The notes: a model not told the origin generated them from the sequence alone. Shown: positions 1-8,987, counted from the first letter of the stretch. The stretch: DNA of 48,131 nt from an uncultured Chloroflexota bacterium (GCA_903938075.1 CAJABS010000116.1:1-48131); one strand, 5' to 3'. Made by a program: numbers and translations.

Positions 1-714
1 GGCAATAGAGGAGACGCCCGTAAAGTCTGTTTGCGGATCAGTCTTCCGTAAGACCTCTTGTGCATAAGCCACGGTGTCTGAATAATCACCGCGTCCCGCC
101 TGCGAAACGTTGTACGAAGCTGACGACTTGTCCATACGAATCCAGCCAGGGACTTTCACGAATTCAACGTTCAACTTGCCGTATGACATCTCCTTGTAAT
201 CGGCAATTACCTTGGCAGAGATACGGTCAAAATATGAGTCGGAGCTCCCCTGCTTTGGTGCATTTGAGAAGTCTACGAAGATGATTGCAATACGGACCTT
301 TCCAGTGGTTGCCGATGAGGCAGATTCGGTGATTGGGAAACCGCTAGGGAAGTCCAAGCCTTTGCCGTTGGCAATCTTGCAGGCCTCAATCGGTAGGCGA
401 CCAGCGATAGGTGGGGTTGGCGGTGCGGTTGGGGTGGGCGTAGGCGATGGCGTCGGCGTTGGTGTGACTGATCCATCGGTGGGCGTCGGGGTCGGTGACT
501 CGATCGCGACCCCCGGCTCGCCAGGGACACGAATGAAGCCGGCCCGGTGAGCGCCTCCGACAAGTCCAACAAACAATACGCAGGCAGTGATGAGGGCGAG
601 GAACCGGGTGAGGCCTGAGCCTGGGCGTGGGAGATTGCGAGGCGAGGGTCCCGAGGTTGCTGGGGGTAGGTCTTCTCCGTCGAACCAAGCTTCGAATCGA
701 TCACGTGGCGGCAT
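1..714 (-). CDS. Partial CDS (first 238 codons; the gene runs off the left edge). Membrane-anchored secreted protein with a Pro/Thr linker, possibly an M6/InhA-like metallopeptidase-type domain.
   Basis: The minus frame is open from ATG (complement of 712-714) to position 1. It is absent from the supplied track because there is no stop in the window. My translation reads MPPRDRFEAWFDGEDL..RFLALITACVLFVGLVGG (TM anchor), then the linker SPTPTPTDGSVTPTPTPSPTPTPTAPPTPP, then KVRIAIIFVDFSNAPKQGSSDSYFDRISAKVIADYKEMSYGKLNVEFVKVPGW. Confidence 0.55.
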   Translation of the reverse strand, partial: MPPRDRFEAWFDGEDLPPATSGPSPRNLPRPGSGLTRFLALITACVLFVGLVGGAHRAGFIRVPGEPGVAIESPTPTPTDGSVTPTPTPSPTPTPTAPPTPPIAGRLPIEACKIANGKGLDFPSGFPITESASSATTGKVRIAIIFVDFSNAPKQGSSDSYFDRISAKVIADYKEMSYGKLNVEFVKVPGWIRMDKSSASYNVSQAGRGDYSDTVAYAQEVLRKTDPQTDFTGVSSIA

Positions 715-814
715 TGGGATCCTTTCTGATGAAACCTCATCTTGCCTTGTGCGAGGCGTCGCTGCAATGTGGGTTCCCTTGGGTTGAGCTGCACCCCTCC
801 GCTACCCTTACCCC

Positions 815-1888
815 ATGGCAGAGCAGACGGGTTGGCAGGGCGAACGGCTCACGATCGGGCTCCTTGGTGGGGGCACGGTCGGGGCGGCAGTTGCGCGCGG
901 GCTGGCGAGCCGAGCTGAAGAGTGGGGGATCGGCATCGCGGGGATCGCGGTGCGCGACCTGGCCAAGGCGCAGGCCGCTGGGCTCGATCGCATTGCACCA
1001 CTAACTACCGACCCTGCGGCGCTTGCCGCCTCTGATGATGTTGATGTTGTCGTTGAGCTCATGGGCGGGCTTGACCCAGCCATGCCGATCGTTGAGGCCG
1101 CGCTCAAGGCGGGCCGTCCGGTCGTTACTGCGAACAAGCTGCTGCTGGCAACCTTCGGTGCGCGACTCGAATCGTTGGCGCGATCAACCGATACGGCGCT
1201 GCGCTTTGAGTCGGCGGTGGCTGCCGGTGTGCCAGTGATTGGTGTGTTGGCTCGGGACATGTCGGCGAATGAGATCACCTCAATTCGCGGCATCATCAAT
1301 GGCACCACCAACTACATCCTCACCAAGATGGAGAGCGAGGGCTGGTCGTACGACCAGGCGCTCGCCGAGGCACAGAAGATCGGCTACGCCGAGGCGAACC
1401 CAAAGAGCGACGTCGAGGGCGAAGATGCCGCAGCAAAGCTTGTGGTGTTGGCGCGACTCGCTGCGGGCGCATGGCCAGCACTCTCGCACGTGCAGTTCGA
1501 CGATGCCCCTGGTATTACCGGCGTCACTGCTGCGGCGATTGCCGATGCGGCAACGCGCGGTGCGCGACTGCGCATGATTGCGGAGTGGCGGAACGGTGGC
1601 GACGATGCGTCAAAGGATTCGCTATCGGTGCGCGTCACCGAAGTGCCGGCTGACTCGCGACTCGGTACCACCGTTGGTGGAGGGAATCTGATTGTGATCT
1701 CGGGTGATCTGATTGGTGATCTCACCATGGCGGGCGCGGGTGCTGGCCCAGGGTCGACCGCTTCGGGTGTGTTGAACGATCTGTTGGCGATTGCGCGCGG
1801 TGAGGGTTCGTCGTGGGGCGATCTCCCTGCGGCGATCGCGGCACCAGCGCCGGCATGGATCAAGGCAGCAAAGCGCGGTGCAAAGTGA
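815..1888 (+). CDS. hom: Homoserine dehydrogenase, short form without a C-terminal ACT domain
   Basis: 357 aa. N-terminal NAD-binding GLLGGGTVGAAV, catalytic-region motifs (VVTANK, GIINGTTNYILTKM, GYAEANP..DVEG.DAA.KL), and operon context with thrC/thrB. Confidence 0.9.
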   Translation: MAEQTGWQGERLTIGLLGGGTVGAAVARGLASRAEEWGIGIAGIAVRDLAKAQAAGLDRIAPLTTDPAALAASDDVDVVVELMGGLDPAMPIVEAALKAGRPVVTANKLLLATFGARLESLARSTDTALRFESAVAAGVPVIGVLARDMSANEITSIRGIINGTTNYILTKMESEGWSYDQALAEAQKIGYAEANPKSDVEGEDAAAKLVVLARLAAGAWPALSHVQFDDAPGITGVTAAAIADAATRGARLRMIAEWRNGGDDASKDSLSVRVTEVPADSRLGTTVGGGNLIVISGDLIGDLTMAGAGAGPGSTASGVLNDLLAIARGEGSSWGDLPAAIAAPAPAWIKAAKRGAK

Positions 1889-2316
1889 GCGCGCCGCTGC
1901 GCATTACGTATCCCACCGGTTGGCTGCTTGCCGTGGCGAACACCGATGCCACTGCCGAGCGCGGCCGAAAGCACGCCGAGGCCACGGGTGTTGCCGATGT
2001 GCTGCTGCTCGATGTTGCAGGGCCAAGTGTTGCCACCCTGGCGAAGCCGGGCCTATTCGGTCGCTTCATGAACCTGCTCCGCCACTTGAGCACCGACCAG
2101 GCGGCCGACTTGATTGTGTATGAAGGGGCGCGTGTGGCTGGGCGCACCGTGCTCGCCGTGCGTGGCTTGAGCGAAGCACAGCGTCGTGAGCTCGCTACCG
2201 CTTGGAAGAGCGAGGGGCTGCACTTCATTAACTACTTCGGCGGCGTCACCAGCGAAGACTGGGGAATCTGGCAGGGGCCGGTCCTGCCGGAACTACCGAG
2301 CTGGGTGTGGCGATGA
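1885..2316 (+). CDS. Hypothetical protein (about 143 aa) embedded in the threonine operon
   Basis: The in-frame GTG at 1885 overlaps the hom stop (GTGA). Its TGA at 2314-2316 overlaps the thrC ATG at 2313 (ATGA). The product contains two similar segments, LLAVANTDATAERGRKHAEATGV.. and VLAVRGLSEAQRRELATAWKSEGL... I recognise no family. Confidence 0.55.
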   Translation: MSAPLRITYPTGWLLAVANTDATAERGRKHAEATGVADVLLLDVAGPSVATLAKPGLFGRFMNLLRHLSTDQAADLIVYEGARVAGRTVLAVRGLSEAQRRELATAWKSEGLHFINYFGGVTSEDWGIWQGPVLPELPSWVWR

Positions 2317-3383
2317 GCGGCTCATTTGGCGCACGCCCAGTGCTGCTGGAGCGCTTCCGCGACCTGCTCCCCGTTACGAGTGCTACCCCGCTGCTGACGC
2401 TTGGTGAGGGCGCAACCCCTCTAGTACGAGTGCCGCGCCTCGGTGCGGACATTGGTGCGTCAGACCTCTGGTTGAAGGTTGAGGGGGCGAATCCGACCGG
2501 ATCGTTCAAGGATCGCGGCATGGTCGTGGCGGTTGCCAAGGCGGCAGAGTCTGGCGCGCGCGCCATTGTGTGTGCAAGTACCGGCAACACCTCGGCATCG
2601 GCCGCTGCGTACGCCGCCGCCGCGGGGCTCGAAGCGATCGTACTGTTGCCCGCGGGCAAGATCGCCGCGGGGAAGTTGCTGCAGGCGTTTGCCGCTGGCG
2701 CGAAAGTCATCTCTATTGATGGCAACTTTGATGACGCGCTCGAGATCGTTCGCGAGCTCGGCACCGGGGGTGGTGGGGTAGAGATCGTGAACTCGATCAA
2801 TCCGCATCGCATTGCTGGCCAGGCTACGGCGGCGCACGAGATCATTGCCGATCTTGGCGACGCCCCCGATGTGTTGGCGCTCCCCGTTGGCAACGCCGGC
2901 AACATCAGCGCCTACTGGCGCGGCTTCACTGACGCGGTGCGCATTGGCAGCACCAAGCGACGACCGCGCATGGCCGGCTTCCAGGCCGCCGGTGCCGCGC
3001 CATTTGTCTCTGGTGCGCCGATTGCGAACCCTGAGACCGTCGCCACCGCTATTCGCATCGGCAAGCCCGCGTCGTGGGATCTGGCGATTGCCGCGCGCGA
3101 CGAGTCGGGTGGCTTCATTCGGGCTGTCACTGACGACGAGATTCTGCGCGCGCAGGCCGACATCATTCAACTGGGTGGCATCTTCGTAGAGCCAGCCTGC
3201 GCCGCGCCGATTGCCGGCCTGCGCAACGCCATCGCCGACGGTTCTATTGACGGGTCGCAACGCATCGTTGCGGTGATGACGGGCTTCGGCCTGAAAGACC
3301 CCGACACCGCGTCGCGCCTTATTGGTGAGATTCGGCAGTCAGATGCAACGGTCGCCGGCGTTCGCCGTGCGCTCGGTTGGTAG
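2307..3383 (+). CDS. thrC: Threonine synthase
   Basis: 358 aa. PLP-lysine motif NPTGSFKDRG, and ASTGNTSASAAAYAA. The start is GTG 2307 or ATG 2313. Confidence 0.92.
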   Translation: MAMSGSFGARPVLLERFRDLLPVTSATPLLTLGEGATPLVRVPRLGADIGASDLWLKVEGANPTGSFKDRGMVVAVAKAAESGARAIVCASTGNTSASAAAYAAAAGLEAIVLLPAGKIAAGKLLQAFAAGAKVISIDGNFDDALEIVRELGTGGGGVEIVNSINPHRIAGQATAAHEIIADLGDAPDVLALPVGNAGNISAYWRGFTDAVRIGSTKRRPRMAGFQAAGAAPFVSGAPIANPETVATAIRIGKPASWDLAIAARDESGGFIRAVTDDEILRAQADIIQLGGIFVEPACAAPIAGLRNAIADGSIDGSQRIVAVMTGFGLKDPDTASRLIGEIRQSDATVAGVRRALGW

Positions 3384-3403
3384 CGAGTAGCGAAGGAGGC
3401 GTC

Positions 3404-4432
3404 ATGAAGGCAGAGGCTCTGGTCGGTCGTTCCGTCACCGTAGCGGTGCCCGCCACCGTGGCGAACCTTGGCGCCGGCTACGACGTGCTCGGCCTCGCCC
3501 TCGAGATGACCAACGAACTCACCGTGCAGGTCACGGGCATTGCCGCCTCAGGGAAAGGCACGGTTACCTACGGCGCTTCGGGCGAGGGCGCAGAGGAGCT
3601 GGCGCCCAACCGCACGAACATGGCGCTCGACGCGGTGTACCGCGGCCTCTCGATTGCGGGCGTCACCGGCGCCGATGCGCTCGACCTTGCCGTCACTGCG
3701 GTCAATACGATTCCCCTCTCGCGTGGCTTGGGCTCATCAGCCGCGGCCATTGTGGGCGGGTTGTTTGCTGGTGCTGCGCTTGCGGGTACGCAGGCGGGCG
3801 CCTCGGGGGCGAGCGGCGCCTGCTTCGAGTCATTTAGCGATCCGCTCACCGACAAGCTGTTTGCCGCCGCCGATGAGATTGAGGGGCACCCAGATAACGT
3901 TGCCGCCGCCATCTTTGGCGGCTGTGTCGCGAGTGGTCGCGCCAACGGTGTGCTCACCGCGCGCATCATTCATGTGCCGCACGACGCAATCCCCGTGGTG
4001 CTGATCCCCGACGTGCGTTTCGAGACGAGCGTCATGCGCGCCGTGTTGCCGAAGATCGTTCCGATTGACGACGCGGTGCACAACGCCTCGCGACTCGCCC
4101 TCGGCATCACCGCCCTCGAGGCGGGCGAAGTCTCGGGCTTTGCGATCCTCTCCGACGATCGCGTGCACCAGCCGTATCGCATCAAGCGCTACGCCGCGCT
4201 GCCGCAGCTCTTCGCCGCGGCGCTGAACGCGGGTGCAACGAGCGCCTGCCTCGCGGGCTCCGGCTCTTCGGTATTGGCGATCGTCGACGACGAGCGCGGC
4301 GACGACGGGATCGCCGCCGTGATTGCGGCGCTTGATGCTGCAGCTGCGACAGCGGGCGTGGGCGGACACGCTGAACAGATTGAGGTCGACCAAGAGGGGG
4401 TACGCATCCTTCGTTCGGTCGGAGTGAAGTGA
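3404..4432 (+). CDS. thrB: Homoserine kinase
   Basis: GHMP-kinase motif PLSRGLGSSAAAIVGG. ATG at 3404 is preceded by GAAGGAGG (3392-3399). The track ORF begins earlier, at TTG 3377. Confidence 0.9.
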   Translation: MKAEALVGRSVTVAVPATVANLGAGYDVLGLALEMTNELTVQVTGIAASGKGTVTYGASGEGAEELAPNRTNMALDAVYRGLSIAGVTGADALDLAVTAVNTIPLSRGLGSSAAAIVGGLFAGAALAGTQAGASGASGACFESFSDPLTDKLFAAADEIEGHPDNVAAAIFGGCVASGRANGVLTARIIHVPHDAIPVVLIPDVRFETSVMRAVLPKIVPIDDAVHNASRLALGITALEAGEVSGFAILSDDRVHQPYRIKRYAALPQLFAAALNAGATSACLAGSGSSVLAIVDDERGDDGIAAVIAALDAAAATAGVGGHAEQIEVDQEGVRILRSVGVK

Positions 4433-5682
4433 CCGCCTCGTCGAAGCTGCTCGTTCAGAAGTACGGCGGGAGCTCGGTCGGCTCCGTTGAGCGCATTGCC
4501 GCCGTTGTGGCGCGCATCGCGCGCGATCGCGCCGCAGGTCGCGATGTTGTTGTAGTTGTTTCCGCGATGGGCGACACCACCGACGACTTGCTCGCGTTGG
4601 CGTCGTCGGTCACTGGCGGCGCACTGCCAAACGCGCGCGAGCAAGATGCGCTGCTCGCCACTGGCGAGATTCAGTCGGCCGCGTTACTGGCCATGGCCCT
4701 TATTGCGCGCGGCACCGATGCCATCTCGCTGAGTGGTGCCCAGGCGGGGATCAGCGCCGACGGCACCTACGGCAAGGGGCGCATCGCTGGCATTGAGCCG
4801 AAGCGCGTGCGCGCCGAACTCGACGCTGGTCGGGTCGTGATCGTGGCGGGATTCCAGGGGGTGAGCGAGGGCTCCGAAACGACGACCCTAGGCCGTGGCG
4901 GCTCCGACACCTCGGCGGTCGCGTTGGCGGCAGCCCTGGGGGCGGATCGCTGCCAGATCTTTACCGACGTGCGTGGCGTCTACACCGCCGACCCCCGCGC
5001 CGTGCCCGCCGCCCGCCAACTCTCGGTCGTGGGGTACGAGGAGATGCTCGAGCTCGCCAACCAGGGGGCCCAGGTCATGCAGACCCGCGCCGTGGAGCTC
5101 GGCTGGGTCAATAACGTAGCCATTGAAGTACTCAGTTCATTTGAGGAGCAGCCAGGGACAGTAATCAAGGAGGATACGCAGGTGGAGAAGCGCAATAAGG
5201 TTCGCGGCCTGGCGGCCGATACGAAGGTGGCGAAGGTGACCATGGTTGCCGTGCCCGACAAGCCCGGTATCGCGCGCTCGGTGTTCGATCCGCTCTCGGC
5301 GTCAAACATCAACGTCGACATGATCGTGCAGAACATCTCGCATGACGGCACTACCGACCTCTCGTTCACCACCTCGCGCGCAGATCTTGCCGCGGCACGC
5401 CCCGTGCTCGAAAAGATTCGCGCCGAGATTGGTGCGCGCGCACTTGAGATCGACGAGAACGTGGCAAAGGTGTCGATCGTTGGTGCCGGTATTCAGAATG
5501 CGCCAGGCTACGCCGCGCGCATGTTCGGCACACTCGCCGATGCGAAGATCAACATTCAGATGATCTCAACATCCGAGATTCGCATCACCTGCATTGTTAG
5601 CGAGTCTGACGCGCCACGCGCACTGCAGGCGTTGCACGATGCGTTTGATTTGGCAACGCCCGACGCCGTCGACACGGAGTAG
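4429..5682 (+). CDS. lysC: Aspartate kinase with C-terminal ACT domains
   Basis: 417 aa. VQKYGGSSVGS and LGRGGSDTSAVALAAAL motifs, with two ACT-like repeats at the C-terminus. The GTG start overlaps the thrB stop (GTGA). Confidence 0.92.
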   Translation: MTASSKLLVQKYGGSSVGSVERIAAVVARIARDRAAGRDVVVVVSAMGDTTDDLLALASSVTGGALPNAREQDALLATGEIQSAALLAMALIARGTDAISLSGAQAGISADGTYGKGRIAGIEPKRVRAELDAGRVVIVAGFQGVSEGSETTTLGRGGSDTSAVALAAALGADRCQIFTDVRGVYTADPRAVPAARQLSVVGYEEMLELANQGAQVMQTRAVELGWVNNVAIEVLSSFEEQPGTVIKEDTQVEKRNKVRGLAADTKVAKVTMVAVPDKPGIARSVFDPLSASNINVDMIVQNISHDGTTDLSFTTSRADLAAARPVLEKIRAEIGARALEIDENVAKVSIVGAGIQNAPGYAARMFGTLADAKINIQMISTSEIRITCIVSESDAPRALQALHDAFDLATPDAVDTE

Positions 5683-5687
5683 TTGCT

Positions 5688-6506
5688 CTGACGAAGATCG
5701 CCGTTGAACGGCTCGATGCCGTTGACTCCACTAATGATGTAGCTCGTGCCCGACTTCTCGCCGGTGCCGTTGCTACCGATACGCCGCTGCTGATCCGCGC
5801 CGAGACGCAGAGCGCCGGTCGCGGCCGTCGCGGACGCACCTGGCTCGATGCACCAGGCACTGGTCTCTTGATGAGCCTTGCACTGCGCGCTGGCGCTGGT
5901 TCGCCACTTCCTGCTGACGCAGATCGCTGGTGGCGCGTTGCCGCCGAGTTCTCACTGGCGGTTGCCGACGCAATCGAAGATGCCGCGGGGATGCAGATCG
6001 GCACCGTTGGGTTGAAGTGGCCAAATGATTTGGTCGTTCGCAACATTGAGGGGGGCGTGACGCGCAGCTTTCGCAAGGTAGGCGGCGTACTGGCCGAGGC
6101 GGGTGACGCCGGGAGTGACTCTGCCTGGTTAGTTGTTGGCCTCGGGTTGAATGTGCGCGGCGATGTGTCGAAACTTGATCCGACCCTGGCGGCAACGGCG
6201 ACAAGTTTGGAGATCGCCACCGGGCGACCCATTGATCGTGAGGCGCTCTTTACCGACGCCGTCGCACGACTTGAGGGGCGACTCGGTGCCCTGGCCGAGG
6301 GGCGCTTCGACGTGGCGAACTGGCGCTCCCGCCAGCTCCTTGAGGGGTGCGAGGTAGAGCTTGAGGGCGGGGCAGGGGAGGCGATCAGTGGGCGCGTCGT
6401 GGGGCACGACGGTGCCTCGGGGGCCCTGATTCTGAGCGTGGACGGCACGGAGCGTGCCATTTTGGCGGGCGAGGTGACCAAGGTCGTGCGGATCGCCATC
6501 CCGTAG
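5688..6506 (+). CDS. birA: Biotin--[acetyl-CoA-carboxylase] ligase, group I (no HTH). The start codon is non-canonical or unresolved.
   Basis: The frame opens after TGA 5646-5648. My translation from 5688 reads (L/M)TKIAVERLDAVDSTNDVARARLL..AETQSAGRGRRGRTWLDAPG, and continues into the track ORF (KWPNDL). The first canonical start (TTG 5865/ATG 5868) lies after the GRGRRGRTW biotin-binding loop. CTG 5688 sits 8 nt after GGAG. Confidence 0.75.
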   Translation: MTKIAVERLDAVDSTNDVARARLLAGAVATDTPLLIRAETQSAGRGRRGRTWLDAPGTGLLMSLALRAGAGSPLPADADRWWRVAAEFSLAVADAIEDAAGMQIGTVGLKWPNDLVVRNIEGGVTRSFRKVGGVLAEAGDAGSDSAWLVVGLGLNVRGDVSKLDPTLAATATSLEIATGRPIDREALFTDAVARLEGRLGALAEGRFDVANWRSRQLLEGCEVELEGGAGEAISGRVVGHDGASGALILSVDGTERAILAGEVTKVVRIAIP

Positions 6507-6536
6507 CGGGTACCATCTCCATCTAAGGGAGGGGTA

Positions 6537-8516
6537 ATGCCCAGCTTTCGGAACCCGTTCAAACGCCGCAAGGCGACCCCCGGAGCCGAGCCCGATTTGT
6601 GGGTCCGGTGCCCCGGGTGCTCGGAGCTCCTCTTCAAGAAGACCTTGGAGAAGAGCCTTCGGGTCTGCTCGGCGTGCGGCCACCACTTCCGTGTTCCTGC
6701 CCGCGAGCGCATTGCGCAGCTGGTCGACGAGGGCACCTTCGTTGAGGCCGACGCCAGCCTGATCTCGCTCGACCCGATCGTCTTCACTGACTCCAAGGGG
6801 TACCCCGAGCGGGCCGCCGCCGCCCGCGCCGCCACCGGCGAGCGCGACGCCGCCATCCGCGGCACCGCCCTGATTGGCGGCATTGAGGTCTCCCTCGTCG
6901 CCATGGACTTCTTCTTCATGGGTGGCTCGATGGGTTCCGTCGTGGGCGAGAAGGTCGCCCGCGCCGCCGAACTCGCCACTGCCCGCCGCCTCCCACTGGT
7001 GATCGTCTCGGCATCGGGCGGCGCCCGAATGCAAGAGGGGACCTACGCCCTGATGCAGCTGCCAAAGACGCTCGCCGCCATCGCGCGACTGAAGTTGAGC
7101 GGCGGCACCTTCATTAGCGTGTTGACCGACCCAACCACTGGCGGAACCATCGCCTCGTTCGGCGCCCTCGGCGACCTGAACGTTGCCGAACCGAATGCAC
7201 TGATTGGCTTCAGTGGCGCGCGTGTCTCTGCCGGCACCATTGGCGACGAACTCCCGGTTGGCTTCCAGCGCAGCGAGTTCTTACTGGAGACCGGCTTCAT
7301 CGATGCGATCGTGCCGCGCGGCAATCTGCGCGGTTGGCTCACGCGCGCACTCGGACTCCTGCAGCCACTCCCCGCACCAGCGGTGCCGCTCTATCGCCAG
7401 ATTCCGATTCCTGGTGTGGGCCTGATTGGTGGGATGGTCACTGGTGTCGCGCAGGGTGCTGGCGCAATGATTGGTTCCGTTCTTTCGCCCGTTGCCGACG
7501 CCGCTTCGAAAGTGGCGAATCGTGCCGACCAGATTCTCGAGAACCAGCGCGACCGACACCTGGCGCCAGAGCTTGGGCCACACCTTGATGAGTCTGAGGC
7601 GTGGAGTCATGTGCAGCGCGCGCGCGAGGTAAATCGACCACGTACCGCCGAACTGCTGGAGGCGCTTGGCGCTGAATTTGTAGAACTGCGCGGCGATCGT
7701 CGCGCCGGTGATGACGGGGCAATTATTGCGGGCATTGCGCGCATTGATGGTCGTCGCATTGTGGTGGTCGGCACCCAGAAGGGGACCGACACCGAGAGCA
7801 ACATTCGTCGCGGATTCGGCATGCCGCACCCCGAGGGGTATCGGAAGGCGATGCGCGCCTTTGAGCTTGCTGAGCGCCTGCACCTGCCGGTGCTCACCCT
7901 GGTGGACACCCCTGGTGCGCACCCGGGCCCTGAGTCGGAGCAGCACGGCATCGCCGAAGCGATCGCCGCCGCTATCAGCAAGATGACCGAATTGCGCACC
8001 CCGATCGTCACGGTCGTCACCGGCGAGGGCGGCTCGGGTGGCGCGCTCGCCATTGCCGCCGCCGATCGTGTCTTCGCCTTTGAGCACGCCTACTACTCGG
8101 TGATCAGCCCCGAAGGGTGCGCCGCCATCTTGTTCCGCACCTCCGATAAGGCTCCCGCCGCGGCACGCGCCCTGCGCATCACTGCACCAGAGCAGGTCGC
8201 CCTCGGCGTGGTCGACGGCATCATCGCCGAGCCAGAGACGCTCTCCGCCGAATCAACCGTCACCTTGGCCCGCGCGATGTGGGAGAAGGTTTCTGCAACG
8301 TTCGATGAGCTGGAATCTATGAGCGACTTGAACGCGCTGCTCGATGCGCGCTATGCGCGCTATCGCGCCTACGGCGCATTCGATGAAGCCGCTCCAACGA
8401 AGAAGGGCCTTGTTGGTGCGATTCGTTCCATCCTCGGCATGGATCGCGAGAAGGTGCCAGCCGGTATCAACGACGAGTGGCTCGATGAGATCGAGCGCAA
8501 TAGTGCGGGGGCGTAG
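6537..8516 (+). CDS. accD/accA: Acetyl-CoA carboxylase carboxyltransferase, fused beta (AccD) and alpha (AccA) subunits
   Basis: 659 aa. N-terminal AccD zinc ribbon CPGCSELLF..CSACGHHFR and GGSMGSVVGEK. The C-terminal half aligns to AccA (GFGMPHPEGYRKA, TLVDTPGAHPG, GEGGSGGALAI, SVISPEGCAAI). A hydrophobic Gly-rich linker joins the two halves. Confidence 0.9.
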   Translation: MPSFRNPFKRRKATPGAEPDLWVRCPGCSELLFKKTLEKSLRVCSACGHHFRVPARERIAQLVDEGTFVEADASLISLDPIVFTDSKGYPERAAAARAATGERDAAIRGTALIGGIEVSLVAMDFFFMGGSMGSVVGEKVARAAELATARRLPLVIVSASGGARMQEGTYALMQLPKTLAAIARLKLSGGTFISVLTDPTTGGTIASFGALGDLNVAEPNALIGFSGARVSAGTIGDELPVGFQRSEFLLETGFIDAIVPRGNLRGWLTRALGLLQPLPAPAVPLYRQIPIPGVGLIGGMVTGVAQGAGAMIGSVLSPVADAASKVANRADQILENQRDRHLAPELGPHLDESEAWSHVQRAREVNRPRTAELLEALGAEFVELRGDRRAGDDGAIIAGIARIDGRRIVVVGTQKGTDTESNIRRGFGMPHPEGYRKAMRAFELAERLHLPVLTLVDTPGAHPGPESEQHGIAEAIAAAISKMTELRTPIVTVVTGEGGSGGALAIAAADRVFAFEHAYYSVISPEGCAAILFRTSDKAPAAARALRITAPEQVALGVVDGIIAEPETLSAESTVTLARAMWEKVSATFDELESMSDLNALLDARYARYRAYGAFDEAAPTKKGLVGAIRSILGMDREKVPAGINDEWLDEIERNSAGA

Positions 8517-8519
8517 CTG

Positions 8520-8987
8520 ATGCCACACAACACTGAACGACTCGGGGACCTGCTCGACTCACTGCTCCCCGTTCTGGTGGAGCGACTGCATGAGACCGGG
8601 CTCGGCGAGATTGAGATTGAGCGCGACGGCGCAATCGTGCGCGTGCGCGCCGAAGATCGTGGCGCGCCCATTGCCTCCACACCTGCGCCAGCCGCCCCGC
8701 GCGGGGGAACGCCTGCCGCTGCTGCGGCACCGAGTGTTGCCGATGATCGCCGCCACCCCGTGCGCTCGACCGCCGTTGGCTTTGTGAAGCTCGCCCCTGA
8801 CATTCACGTTGGCGGCAAGGTCGCCAAGGGCTCACTGGTTGCGACCGTTGATGTGCTCGGTGTTGCCGTTGAGGTGCGCGCCGACCATGGCGGCATCGTC
8901 GCCAAGCTGCGTTGCGCTACTGGCGATCCAGTGGAGTACGGCCAGGAGCTCTTCTTGGTCGAATCCGTTGGCGAGGTGAAGGCGTGA
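8520..8987 (+). CDS. BCCP-like protein lacking the biotinylatable lysine
   Basis: 155 aa and collinear with AccB: N-domain LVERLHETGLGEIEIERDGAIVRVR, a Pro/Ala linker, and a lipoyl/biotinyl-type fold VRSTAVGFVKL..GSLVATVDVLGVAVEVRADHGGIV. The E-A-M-K-M motif is replaced by D-V-L-G-V. The stop overlaps the accC GTG. Confidence 0.8.
   Translation: MPHNTERLGDLLDSLLPVLVERLHETGLGEIEIERDGAIVRVRAEDRGAPIASTPAPAAPRGGTPAAAAAPSVADDRRHPVRSTAVGFVKLAPDIHVGGKVAKGSLVATVDVLGVAVEVRADHGGIVAKLRCATGDPVEYGQELFLVESVGEVKA

Noticed and set aside
5597-6979. 460-aa minus-strand ORF, and the overlapping 6129-7034 ORF
   Set aside because: It is antisense to the well-supported birA and accD-accA genes. Its Ala/Arg/Ser/Pro-rich composition is typical of shadow ORFs in high-GC DNA, and it has no recognisable motifs.
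8912-8983. Upstream extension of accC to 8912. Similar track extensions exist for acs (30512), pepA (46419), LysE (45738), the S33 peptidase (37908) and LOG (36323).
   Set aside because: The conserved N-termini begin at internal starts that show stop/start overlaps or good SD sequences. The extensions overlap upstream genes.
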